Shown here one piece after another: positions 1 through 9,804 of a stretch of 59,290 nt of DNA. The stretch spans positions 1 through 59,290 of the forward strand of contig MEDY01000162.1 in the NCBI GenBank assembly GCA_001724265.1, given 5' to 3'. This stretch comes from Rhizaria sp. SCN 62-66 (lineage: Eukaryota). A program made the position numbers and the translations under genes. Below the pieces are notes generated by a model that was not told where the DNA came from, did not search any database, and saw only the letters and a list, made by a program, of their open reading frames with translations. Within the stretch, counting starts at the first letter, position 1. Each line of letters opens with the position of its first letter.

Positions 1-157
1 GCAACTAAAATGTTGTGCACTAACTCAAACATAGTTTTACGACATATCCATCAAGATTTCGTCAATAACAGCAATCGGCCCAATTCGCGACCCCCGTGTA
101 ACTCAATTATTGTTTCCACCAACGTAGAACTTATCATCAGCTCTAAAGACTTTCCAA

Positions 158-1768
158 ATGTCGGGCGACAATGAAAATGCATCATTAAGCTTGATTGACG
201 CACTTGGTGCTTCCTTATCAATCGACGTACGTCACATTCAGTCCTCTGTCTTCGGATGCGATACTTTCCCGCGCTATTTCCAAATCCACTTTCTTGAAGT
301 ATTCACACCTCACATTCGACTCTTTCCCCCTCTCACCTTGTGGTTTACGACGTATCCCTCCTTGCAAAAGGCGACCTTAAAGCCTCCCAAGCAAACCTGT
401 GATTGCACTCCCCCGGCCCACGCCTACAGCGACGCTGACACTGAGCCCGACTCCAACTCAGGCAGTGACAGTGACTCTAGTTGCTCAAATATCACAAGTA
501 ACGTCGCTTCTGTTGCTCCTGCTGCTGCTGCGTCTGCGTCTGTGTCTGCCACCGCCATCACGCCTCGCGCCGCCGCCGCGCAGCAGTACCTCGGCCCCCG
601 CCGCCACCACTGCTCGCACTGGCGAGAAGAGTTCGATCAACACATTGCCACGGTCCTGGAGGAAAACGGCTACCCTCGTCGCTCCCTTGGTCCCCGCAAC
701 ACTCATGTGCTCTGCAGTCGCGCCCCGCGCCGCCGCCGCTCACCGCCCTGCCCGGCCGCGCTGACTCTGCTCCAGATCAAAGCCCGCTGTGCGTTGCGTC
801 TTACGACGGAGATGTGGCTGGAAGTGGACAAGCAGAAACCGCCGATGGTGGAGACGAGGTTTTTCATCGATTTCACCGCAAATGGGACGGATCCTCCTGT
901 GGACGCTGTGTCAGAACCGTACGCGGTTGAGAAGGTCTTCGCGCTTATCATCACGGTCGACTATGAAACTAACCCTAGCCATGCTGAGCTGTTTGCACTA
1001 GCTTTTCAGGCTGATTTTGGAGCTCCTCCGTATCTACACACGTGTTTTGTTCCGGGCATAACACAGTCACCCGCCACTGCTGCTGCTGTTACTGCTGCTG
1101 CGCCTACGGCTGCTTCTGCTGCTGCTTTGGCTGCTGCTGATGCAACTTCGACTGCTGATGCTGCCAGTGCTGCGGATGCTTCGACTGCTGGTGATGCTGA
1201 TGTTGACTCTACTGCAAAGCCACTGCCAGCATCGTCAGCAGAAGCAGCAGCAGATGAGGATGAGGAGGCGCGTTTTAACGCCAAGCGCGCTACTTTGCCG
1301 TATTTCACTCTCTCTGCGTCTGCTTGCGCCCATTCCCTCATCACCATGCCCCCGGGCACCGACATCGTCTACGGTGAAAACCGCGCCGCTGAACTGGGGG
1401 TAACCTACCCTGTGGGGACTGTGCTGGTTGTTCCCCGCGCCGTTGCTCCGAGTTGCGAGCTCCACAAGTACAGTCTTGGCGACATGCCGATGTTTATCGT
1501 TCACCGTGAGTGTACCGCATCTGACCTCCCGGGCGGGGCGGCCGCAGTCGGCCGGGTCACGTCGTGCGTGCCAAAGGGGCAGCGGATGCTGCGCGGGGAC
1601 GCGAGCAAGGCGCCGTTTTGCGATGACGTCCTGCGGTGGGTTAGGGAGGAGCAGAGACTGGGGAAATGTGCGCGGTCGATGTTGCGGTTCCACAGGATCG
1701 TGAGGGATATTGAGGAACATGATGCCATGTATGGACCTGACTACCATGACGATTATAACAGCGATTAA
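158..1768 (+). CDS. Hypothetical protein with degenerate cyclophilin-like fold (paralog A)
   Basis: ORF ends TAA. Ordered segments FFIDFTANG / LIITVDYETNPSHAELF / YLHTCF / DIVYGEN / VGTVLVVPR / MFIVHREC / AVGRVTSC parallel the cyclophilin pattern and match the C-terminus of the gene at 18791-21247. Possible in-frame intron 227-370 (GTACGT...AAG). Confidence 0.6.
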   Translation: MSGDNENASLSLIDALGASLSIDVRHIQSSVFGCDTFPRYFQIHFLEVFTPHIRLFPPLTLWFTTYPSLQKATLKPPKQTCDCTPPAHAYSDADTEPDSNSGSDSDSSCSNITSNVASVAPAAAASASVSATAITPRAAAAQQYLGPRRHHCSHWREEFDQHIATVLEENGYPRRSLGPRNTHVLCSRAPRRRRSPPCPAALTLLQIKARCALRLTTEMWLEVDKQKPPMVETRFFIDFTANGTDPPVDAVSEPYAVEKVFALIITVDYETNPSHAELFALAFQADFGAPPYLHTCFVPGITQSPATAAAVTAAAPTAASAAALAAADATSTADAASAADASTAGDADVDSTAKPLPASSAEAAADEDEEARFNAKRATLPYFTLSASACAHSLITMPPGTDIVYGENRAAELGVTYPVGTVLVVPRAVAPSCELHKYSLGDMPMFIVHRECTASDLPGGAAAVGRVTSCVPKGQRMLRGDASKAPFCDDVLRWVREEQRLGKCARSMLRFHRIVRDIEEHDAMYGPDYHDDYNSD

Positions 1769-2129
1769 TGATAATGTGTGTTTTGCTTTCAGTTTTCACT
1801 GGATTTACTACAGCAGATAGAACAGAGGGGACGAAGTTGCCTTTTGCAGTGGCAGTGATACCTATACACTGCTATCTTTAACAGCAACAATATGCACACT
1901 TCAACAAGTCACAAGAAACCAAAACCAACAATGAATAAACGTATTTCATATTGTATTACCGTATATAAGAATAATAACATCAGACCAACCTCGGGCCTTC
2001 GCTAAGCAAAACAAAGTCTACTTCATTCACATAAACATACGCCCAAACCGCACTCTCTTAACACCTATTACTTGAACAACAACAATTTGAACTTATTTGT
2101 TGTTATTTCGCGCATATATAGAGAGAGAT

Positions 2130-4398
2130 TTACTCGTCATCGTCGTCACTGCTGTCTCCGGCGGCCACCGGCTTATGCATCGCCATCCGCTCATAACGGC
2201 CCCCTTCCTCCTCATCACTGTCGTCGCTGTCACTGTCTGCCGCCGCACCGCCGCCGTTGCGCATCGCGTTGCGACCAGTGCCCTCCCGGCCCGGACCCAT
2301 ACCCTTGCTCTGCCCGCCCTCCTTCTGCATCTGGATGTACTCACTGGGCAGAGTCTGCGGGCCAAGACCCATCGCCTCAGCAGCCTTGCCGTACCGCTCG
2401 TTGACGCCGATATTCTCAAGCGTGTCCCAGATCGCCAGAGAGCCGCCCTCACCACCGGCGGCGAGGACGAAGGGCGAGGACGCGTCAAACGCCATGCACA
2501 TGAGGTGGCCAACTTGGAGGTTACGCTCACCGAGACACTTCGGCGCATTCGACCCGCCCACAGTCGTAGTCGTAGTCTTAGAGGTCTTAGAAGCGGCGGC
2601 GGCGGCGGTGGCGGAGGCGGAGGCGTCGGTGGAGGCGTTGCCGTTCATGTCCCAGATCTTGACGGTGCCGTCGACCGACGCCGTGGCGAAAAGCCCTGCC
2701 ACGACCGCATTTGGCGCAACCACGGTGGTGGTCTTCTTGTGGGCGTGCAGCTGCCAAACGGGCTTACTCTGGTTGCGGATGTCACGGTACACTACGAGTC
2801 CGTCCTCGGTCGCGGCGTAGAAGTTGACGGCGGAATGGGGGTCCCACTTAACAGATTCGATGTCCGCGGTCACCTTGAACGTCGCCGCCGCAGAGCCAGT
2901 TGACCCAGAGGTGGCTAAACGAACGTCCTGGACCTTAACGGTCTTATCATAGGCGCCCGAGAGGAGGATGTGGTACTCGGTCGGGTTGAACTCAATCGCC
3001 TGCACCTTGTCTTTGTGGCTGCGCAGAGTCGCCGTGCACTGCTGAGTCGTGATGTCCCACAGCTTGATGGTGGTGTCGGCTGAGCCGGACGCGAGGCGGG
3101 CGGCCTCTGCGCGGTGCCAGGCCAGGCACATCACCGCGTCGGTGTGGGAGCCCGGCTTGAGAGTCGGTTGCTTCTTCTTGCCAGCGGCACCCTTGCTCCC
3201 CTTGCCCATAGTAGAGGGGCGGGGGGCGGCGCCGGCGCCGGCGGAGAGAGGGTCTTGCTCGACATAGCCACCAAGCACGCAGACCGGCTCAACGGGGTTC
3301 AGGACGTCGCAGTTCCAGATCTCGATGCCGGGCAGGAAGGTGCCAACGGCGGCAAAGGAGCCCGTTGTCGGGTACAGCTCGCCGGGGACGGCAGAAGGCT
3401 GGCCGCCGCGCGGATGGGTGGGAAGCCACGTCAGAGCGAGAGGGAAAGATGGCACGTTGAGCTCGTGGTGGACGTAGAGATTCGAGTTCTCTTCGTCATA
3501 GACGTAGATCTCAACGACGGACTGTTCCTCAGAAGTGTTGCCGACAAGGATGCACGAGTCGGTGGACTTGATATGGTTTTCCTCCTCGTCTTCCTCCTCG
3601 TCGTCGTCGTCAGAGTTCATGTACGGGTCGTCTTCGGGGGGAATGTAGCCCTTGAGGCCGCTGCCGAGGAAACGGCCGACTGAGCCGCCAAACTGCGCCT
3701 CCTCCTCGTCCTCATCCTCGTCGTCGTCGCCCTCGTAAGCATCCTCCTCGTCGTCGTCATTGTTGTTGTTAGAGTCGAGCATTGCACTGGCGTCTGCGGT
3801 GTCGGCATCAGCGTCGTCGCCGTCGTCGTCATCGTCATAGTTGTCCATGCCCAGAGCCTTCATCAGGTCCTCGTCTTTGCCACCGGTCTCGATGTCAGAG
3901 CCCAGATCGTCGTCGTCGTTGTTATCGGCAGAGTCATCGCCTTCGCTATCGTCCATAGCCTTAGCAGCAGCCTTCTTCTTGGAGCTACCAGTCTTGTCAT
4001 CGTTGTTGTTGTTCTTGTCAGACTTAACAGCAGCACCCTTCTTGTCCTTCTTGCCGTCCTTCTTAGCGCTCGCGCCAGAGCTCGAGGAGAGCTTGTTCGA
4101 GTCCTTGGTGGGGCCGGAGATGTTGGTATTCTTCATGCCCTCATTGAGCTCGGTGAGGGCCTCGGGGGGAAGCTCGTACGGTTGAGGGTTCTTCGCGGGC
4201 GCGCCCTTGGGGATCCAGGCGATGCATGACAGCTGTGGGTGCGCAAGAAAAGCGTGTGCAGAAAGAAAGCATAGCGAGAAATGGCGGGGAGTGAGCGGGG
4301 GAGAGAGGAAGGGAAGGGGAAGTGAGTGAGTGGTGGGGAGCAATTTGCGAGGGAAGAATAGACCCGCAAGAGTGTGAATTGAAGATAAAACGTACCAT
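2130..4398 (-). CDS. PWP1: Periodic tryptophan protein 1 (WD40, ribosome biogenesis)
   Basis: Exons 4398-4396 (ATG only) and 4232-2130 give MLSCIAWIPKG..., an acidic tract, then EIYVYDEENSNLYVHHE, AVGTFLPGIEIW, HTDAVMCLAWH, LASGSADTTIKLWD, HKDKVQ. Stop TAA. Confidence 0.92.
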
Positions 4399-5029
4399 GT
4401 TGCAAATAGATTTACTCAAGTACTACCGGGATGTGACTTTGAAAAAGTAATCAGCGGAAGCCTTGTCTCGCAATAGCGCAACTCCGAAACCGCATACTCC
4501 CTCGCATCTCACTGCAGCGCACGATCGATCGAGCCGAGTCTTGCCTTCGCTGCCACCAGCCACAGCAAGCAAAGGCAAAACGGAGGGCGGCCACCACGTC
4601 GCCCTGGTTTCGAGCCCTCTGGAGCGACGTCCACCATCGAGTGAATGTATTCTAATTCGCTTTTATGATATTAAACAGCTGATTTGATGACCTAATTTGT
4701 ATTTATGTGCTCTGAAACTGACAAGAACCGCGCTAACTGGCCTGATTCTCGCCTCCACTTTGCTCTCACTGCCAACAGCTTCCTAGCCTTCAAAACCTTC
4801 TCTGTCAGACCTCAATCTTACGTCCTGGTGCTCTACAAACGCCTGCATAGGACTGTCTGTTTGAGTTTCAGTGCCCCTAGCGTGTTCAGTGGTCTACAAG
4901 GCCTGATTTCGCTCCGCTGCACTCGTCCAAAGACAGGACACCACGAATCGCATTCGTCCACGCCTTCATAGTTGCAACTTAGCGCGAAGCCACAGCAACA
5001 GAACAGCTGATTCCACTTCTCCGATCACG

Positions 5030-6169
5030 ATGTCGCTCTCGTCGCAGGCACGGCGCTCGCCCTCTCTGCTCGTGACGTTGGCCCTCGCCATCCTCGCAGC
5101 AACCGCAGCCCTAGCCTCCCCTGCTTCGGCAATGGCCCCAAGCAGCAACAGCAAACTCGCAACTGCCCTTTCTTCTCAGACTGCTGCTGCTTCTGCGACC
5201 GCTGTTCTGTCTCAGTTCAAGCTTGCCCGCAGTCTTGCAGCCGGTGACACCAACCTCTCTGACTTAATTTCCTCAGCATCAACATCAGCATCAACATCAG
5301 CTTCGACGTCAGCGGCGGCGGCAAACGGGTGTCAATTCACCCACGCCACTCCCCCCGCCTCTTTCGACGCCACTTCCCTCGGCAGCACCGACACCTTTTA
5401 CGCCGACGGTGACCAACGCTCTTTCCGCTACCTGATTAATCCCTGTCAAGCAGTTCGTACTGCCCCCACCGCCTGTACTGTCACCGATTCTACCCCAGCT
5501 GTGGGCTACCAGATCACGGACTCTGGCGAGTGCTTCCGCCTCGGCACTGCCGTTTTTGACGCCTCTCAGATGTCGCTTTTGGACGCCAACAACCCGTCCC
5601 GCGGCTTCCGGGTGAGGTACCCCGACGGAGACGACTGCGGCATCACCGGAACCCGCCGAACTTTGACATTGGAGTTTGTCTGTTCACGGTCTCCTGCGGC
5701 CGCGGAGGACCTGTACGTCACCGAGGACTCGTGTGACTACACTGTGACGATCGCCCACCCGGTCGCCTGTCCCACGCAGTGCCCGCTGGCCTGCGCCAAG
5801 CGGGGCTTCTGCGGACTCGACAGCGACGCGAAGCTGCCGCGTTGCTTCTGCGACGTCGGAGCCGACGGAGCCGGCTGTGACCTCGACGCCGCCTCGGCCA
5901 CCACAGCCGCCTACGATTCCCTCGACGGGTCTTATGCGCCGTTGTCGGGCGGGCAGGTTCTGTTGGCGCTGCTCTGCGCGGTGCTAGGGCTCCTCTGCAT
6001 CGCGGCAGCGGGCATGCTTGTCTATGCGTGGAAGATCCGGGCTGTGAAGCCGACTGACGACGTGCTGGCCGGGGGAGGGCTGGGGTCTTTGGGCCCCATC
6101 ACAGGCGCCGACTTGATCAATGATGTAGGACCAGGCAATGAGCAGATCGTCTTCTCTCGGGGACTCTGA
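5030..6169 (+). CDS. Type I membrane protein with mannose-6-phosphate-receptor-homology (MRH/ATG27-like) and EGF-like domains
   Basis: Signal peptide; YLINPC...CFRLG...YPDGDDC...LTLEFVC...EDSCDYTVTIAHPVACP; EGF-like CAKRGFC...CFCDVGADGAGC; one TM helix and a short tail. Stop TGA. Confidence 0.75.
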   Translation: MSLSSQARRSPSLLVTLALAILAATAALASPASAMAPSSNSKLATALSSQTAAASATAVLSQFKLARSLAAGDTNLSDLISSASTSASTSASTSAAAANGCQFTHATPPASFDATSLGSTDTFYADGDQRSFRYLINPCQAVRTAPTACTVTDSTPAVGYQITDSGECFRLGTAVFDASQMSLLDANNPSRGFRVRYPDGDDCGITGTRRTLTLEFVCSRSPAAAEDLYVTEDSCDYTVTIAHPVACPTQCPLACAKRGFCGLDSDAKLPRCFCDVGADGAGCDLDAASATTAAYDSLDGSYAPLSGGQVLLALLCAVLGLLCIAAAGMLVYAWKIRAVKPTDDVLAGGGLGSLGPITGADLINDVGPGNEQIVFSRGL

Positions 6170-6517
6170 GCTCTCTGTGTTTCTTTAGGAACGCGTGACG
6201 TCACATAAGGGGTTACACGTGAGTGGAGTGCGTGTAATTGCAATTTTTAGACAGACAGGTCTTGTGATGATTTATATGAGGGATGTTACATATTATTATG
6301 AGCTAGAGATATTGATAGACAAAGGTAAAGAACGAATAATAAATAAAAACACCATTTCGATAATGTAATACTGATTTGTATTCTTCTTTGCTATTATGAT
6401 GATGTTGCGAACAGAAATCGATCGCCGCATACAACACGCTTACCCAAACAACAATAAGCGTCTTAAAACCTTACTCCATCCAACACAACAAACACATTAC
6501 TGACTCATTTGTTATGT

Positions 6518-9172
6518 TTACGCCTTGACGATGACAGGGCGGACAGCAGCCTTGACCTTGGCCTGGGCAGAGACGGCGGCGGAAGGGAGCTTGACAGTCG
6601 TGCCAAAGATCTTCACAGTCTTGGCCTCAGCCTTAACCTCAGCCTTGGCCTCAGCGGCAACGGAAGCGGCCGCCTTGGTCTTGGCCGCAAGCAACGACGC
6701 CTTGATGATACCATCACGGACGTCAATCTCGAAGTCCTGCGTCGAGTTCGTGACGTTACCCCACTGCTGGTAGCGGACATAGGGCGCGTACCGGTCGCGG
6801 AACACCGGAGGCTTGGGACCAGGGAGCTTGCCGGACTGGGCCAGCATATCAAGACGGATACGCTCAGCAGGGTCGGTGACGACAGTGACGGCGCCGATCT
6901 GCCCGGGCGTGGTGAAGTTCGACAAGGGCTTGTTGGCCTCGGCGATGCGCTTCCGCTCCTCCTCTGCACCGACGGCCTTGATGGACGACAGCAGGTTGCC
7001 GTCGGCGGCCTTGGACAGGCGGTTGAGCTCGGAGTTCTGCTGCCGATCGATCGGCGAGTCGACAGTGCCGCCCTTCTGCAAGGTCTCGATGATCTGCTTC
7101 TGGTACGCGAGAGCGGAATCCGAGAGCGTGGTGGGAGTGGCAGTCCAATCCAGTGGGTTCTTCTGCACAGTGCCGTCCGTCTTGACACTGACGGCCGGCA
7201 CGCCCTCGGTCGCGGGCACGTTGACGGCGCCAGACTTGACCGCCGTGGCGAGTTCGTGGTCGGCGTTGACCTGGGGCGCGAACTTAGCCTGCTGGGCAAC
7301 GTTGGCGGGGTCTGCCGCGGCGGCCTTCTCGAGCTCCTTGGCGAGGGCCTTGGAGTGGGGCGAGTTGGGGTTGATGTCGACGAGCTCCTGCGAGGCCTGG
7401 ATCGCCTTGTGGACGTCGGTGGACATATCAACGGCGGGCGTGTTGGAGGCGTTGCTGGTCACGGCAGGAGTCATCTTGGCGATGCCGGGGAGCGGCACCA
7501 GAGTGGGGATCTGATTCGCCTCCTGCTGCGACTTGACCTGCGCTGTCTGCGTCTGCGAGTCAGCCGTGATGTTGACGTCATCGCAGCCCGTCTTGTTGAC
7601 GATGGTGCCGTTGGGCAGCGTGCGGAGCGCACGATCAACGCGCATCATGCCTTCGCCAATGAGCTTGTCAACGGCGGCACGCTGCGAGGCGGGCAGAGCC
7701 TTGAGGGCCATATACTCCTCCCAGGTCATGAAGCGGTAGTTGCGCAGCCCGGTGGGGGTCTCCGGCGGGGTTCCAGGCGCCGCGAGCTCTGCATTGAGCC
7801 GGGCGAGCACCGAGGAGAGGATCTTGATCGACAGCGACGACTGCGGGGTGAGCGGGCGGGAGTTCTCGAGCCCGACGAGGATCTTGAGAACACGGTCACG
7901 CTCCTTGGCGCGCATCTCAAGAACCTTGCGCTCGACGTCTTCAGTGCGGCGCTCGCGGGCAGACTGGGCGCGGAGCGCGTTGGCCTGCTTGGTGGCCATC
8001 TCCTGCGCCAGAACGCGGTTGCCACCAGACGCGATGAGGAGTTCCTCGACGAGCTTGTTGACCTGATCCTGCATCTGTTTGGCGCGGGACACAGTCCCGG
8101 CCTGCGCGGCAATGATGCCAGCAGACGAAATCGGCGGGAAAGCGAGCTTGGCGTCGAGGTTGCAGCCGTTGCAGCAAATCTCCTGGTTCGGCACAGTGAG
8201 GGGCGTCTTGCACATCGCCTCGGGGTTGGTAGCGGTGGCGGCGGCGCGGCCGATGTACAGCTCGAACTTGGCCGAGGTCTGCAGAGCCATACGGGACTGG
8301 AGGAAAGACGTGTACTCAGGCTCCTCCATCTCACTCTCGGAGTCGGCGTCGAGCTCGACGAAGAAAGCGGGGTACTGGTCCGGAGCAGCAGCAGCAGCAG
8401 GGGCGGCGCCAGCGGGGGCAGCAGCAGCAGCGGCGGCGGCGTTCGCCGGAAGGGCAGCACCAGCAGGGGCGGCAGCAGCAGCAGCGCCAGCGGGGGCGGT
8501 GGGTGCAGCGGCGGGAGCAGCGGCGGCGGGGGCGGCGCCAGGGGCGGCCTTGACAGCGGGAGCGTTAGGGACCGAAGCGGGCTTAGAGACGGGGGTAGGG
8601 ACGGCGTTCGTGCTCGAGTTCTTCTCGTTGGGATCAATGGAGATGTTGTAAGGGTAGGGGGCGTCGCGGGCCTTGCGGGCGCCGATCTTGTTCAGCAGCG
8701 TATCGAAGGACGGCTGGCCAGATGACTTGAGGGCGCAAGTATTGCAGCAAGGGGGCATCTTGAAGCCATAGGGCTGGTACTGGACCAGAGGCTCGTCTCC
8801 CGTCTCGAGGAAAGACGCGTAGAGAGGGTGCGGGTGGCCGATGCCGAAGCCGGGGCACACGTTGCAGCACTTGGCTGTCTCGCCCGAGCTGCGCGGGGAG
8901 AGGTGAGTGGCGGACGGAGTGCCAGCGACGACGGAAGTGGTGTCGTTGGCACTTTGCTCGGGAACTTCAGGAAGCTCGCCAAACGCGTCCTCGAGTTCGG
9001 GGAGAGGGTATTGGGGGCACATGCGGCAGCATGTTTCACACGGAGGAAGATCTTCGATGCTCCCACCCCACACCCCCATGCCAAACGCGTCGGCCGCAGG
9101 CAGGGCCAGGAGCGCTGTCAACAGCGCCGAGGCCAGGCCGAGCAGGACGACTGCTGGGGCACCACGGATCAT
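6518..9172 (-). CDS. Secreted protein of unknown function with four CCxxC motifs
   Basis: 884-aa ORF with strong GC3 bias, an N-terminal signal peptide, CCRMC/CCNVC/CCNTC/CCNGC, an Ala/Pro linker and SFLE/SFLQ-type motifs. Stop TAA. Confidence 0.8.
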   Translation of the reverse strand: MIRGAPAVVLLGLASALLTALLALPAADAFGMGVWGGSIEDLPPCETCCRMCPQYPLPELEDAFGELPEVPEQSANDTTSVVAGTPSATHLSPRSSGETAKCCNVCPGFGIGHPHPLYASFLETGDEPLVQYQPYGFKMPPCCNTCALKSSGQPSFDTLLNKIGARKARDAPYPYNISIDPNEKNSSTNAVPTPVSKPASVPNAPAVKAAPGAAPAAAAPAAAPTAPAGAAAAAAPAGAALPANAAAAAAAAPAGAAPAAAAAPDQYPAFFVELDADSESEMEEPEYTSFLQSRMALQTSAKFELYIGRAAATATNPEAMCKTPLTVPNQEICCNGCNLDAKLAFPPISSAGIIAAQAGTVSRAKQMQDQVNKLVEELLIASGGNRVLAQEMATKQANALRAQSARERRTEDVERKVLEMRAKERDRVLKILVGLENSRPLTPQSSLSIKILSSVLARLNAELAAPGTPPETPTGLRNYRFMTWEEYMALKALPASQRAAVDKLIGEGMMRVDRALRTLPNGTIVNKTGCDDVNITADSQTQTAQVKSQQEANQIPTLVPLPGIAKMTPAVTSNASNTPAVDMSTDVHKAIQASQELVDINPNSPHSKALAKELEKAAAADPANVAQQAKFAPQVNADHELATAVKSGAVNVPATEGVPAVSVKTDGTVQKNPLDWTATPTTLSDSALAYQKQIIETLQKGGTVDSPIDRQQNSELNRLSKAADGNLLSSIKAVGAEEERKRIAEANKPLSNFTTPGQIGAVTVVTDPAERIRLDMLAQSGKLPGPKPPVFRDRYAPYVRYQQWGNVTNSTQDFEIDVRDGIIKASLLAAKTKAAASVAAEAKAEVKAEAKTVKIFGTTVKLPSAAVSAQAKVKAAVRPVIVKA

Positions 9173-9804
9173 TCTGCCACTTGGGGAAATGACAGAACGG
9201 TCTACAGCAAAGAAAAAATAGTGACAAAAGCATAAAAGATACTGGTGAGGGATAGATGGGTCGGAGAGGGGCGCTGGGAAGGCTGGGAAAGAGGTGGCAG
9301 TCGAGAGAAGGCTCGTGGGGTAGCCACTTGCCGAGAGCTAATGCGAGGTTGGAACAACACTTCAGAAATAGCCAGAAGACCACGGGGTATAATTTACAAG
9401 AGATAAATCAGGCATAAATACAAAGACGCCGTCAGAGGCCTAGGAGGGCGGCTCAGGAAGGGATTTTGGTTTCCCCTCGAAGGAGCCACTTGGACCTTGG
9501 AAAAGTTAAGTCGCATGGTTGGACCGACTGGCCGATCGATCGAGGTCGGCTCGTTGACTGGCTGGGTTTTGCCTCTGCTCTGCTCTCCAAAAGGGGAGTG
9601 AAGCTCGAGTCATGAAAACAGCGCCAGCGGGTTGATTACACCGTTGGATTACTCATTGTTTCAGTTCTGGGTTATCTCGCACTTTCTTAATTATATATTT
9701 TATTCACTTCATTTCAGCTCACGTTTAAGCCCTTGTGTTCGCTCTCCTCTTTCGCTCCAGTTAGTGAAGCAGAACACCACCCATCATCAACAGCTTCTAC
9801 CGCC

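Noticed and set aside
6191-6240. Small hairpin TTACACG...CGTGTAA after the MRH gene
   Set aside because: Short stem, single copy, compatible with chance.
6509-8725. Long antisense or alternate-frame ORFs (also 56911-58140, 50827-52542, 52633-54330, 31735-33252, 41826-43205)
   Set aside because: Shadows of GC3-biased genes on the other strand; no recognisable domains.
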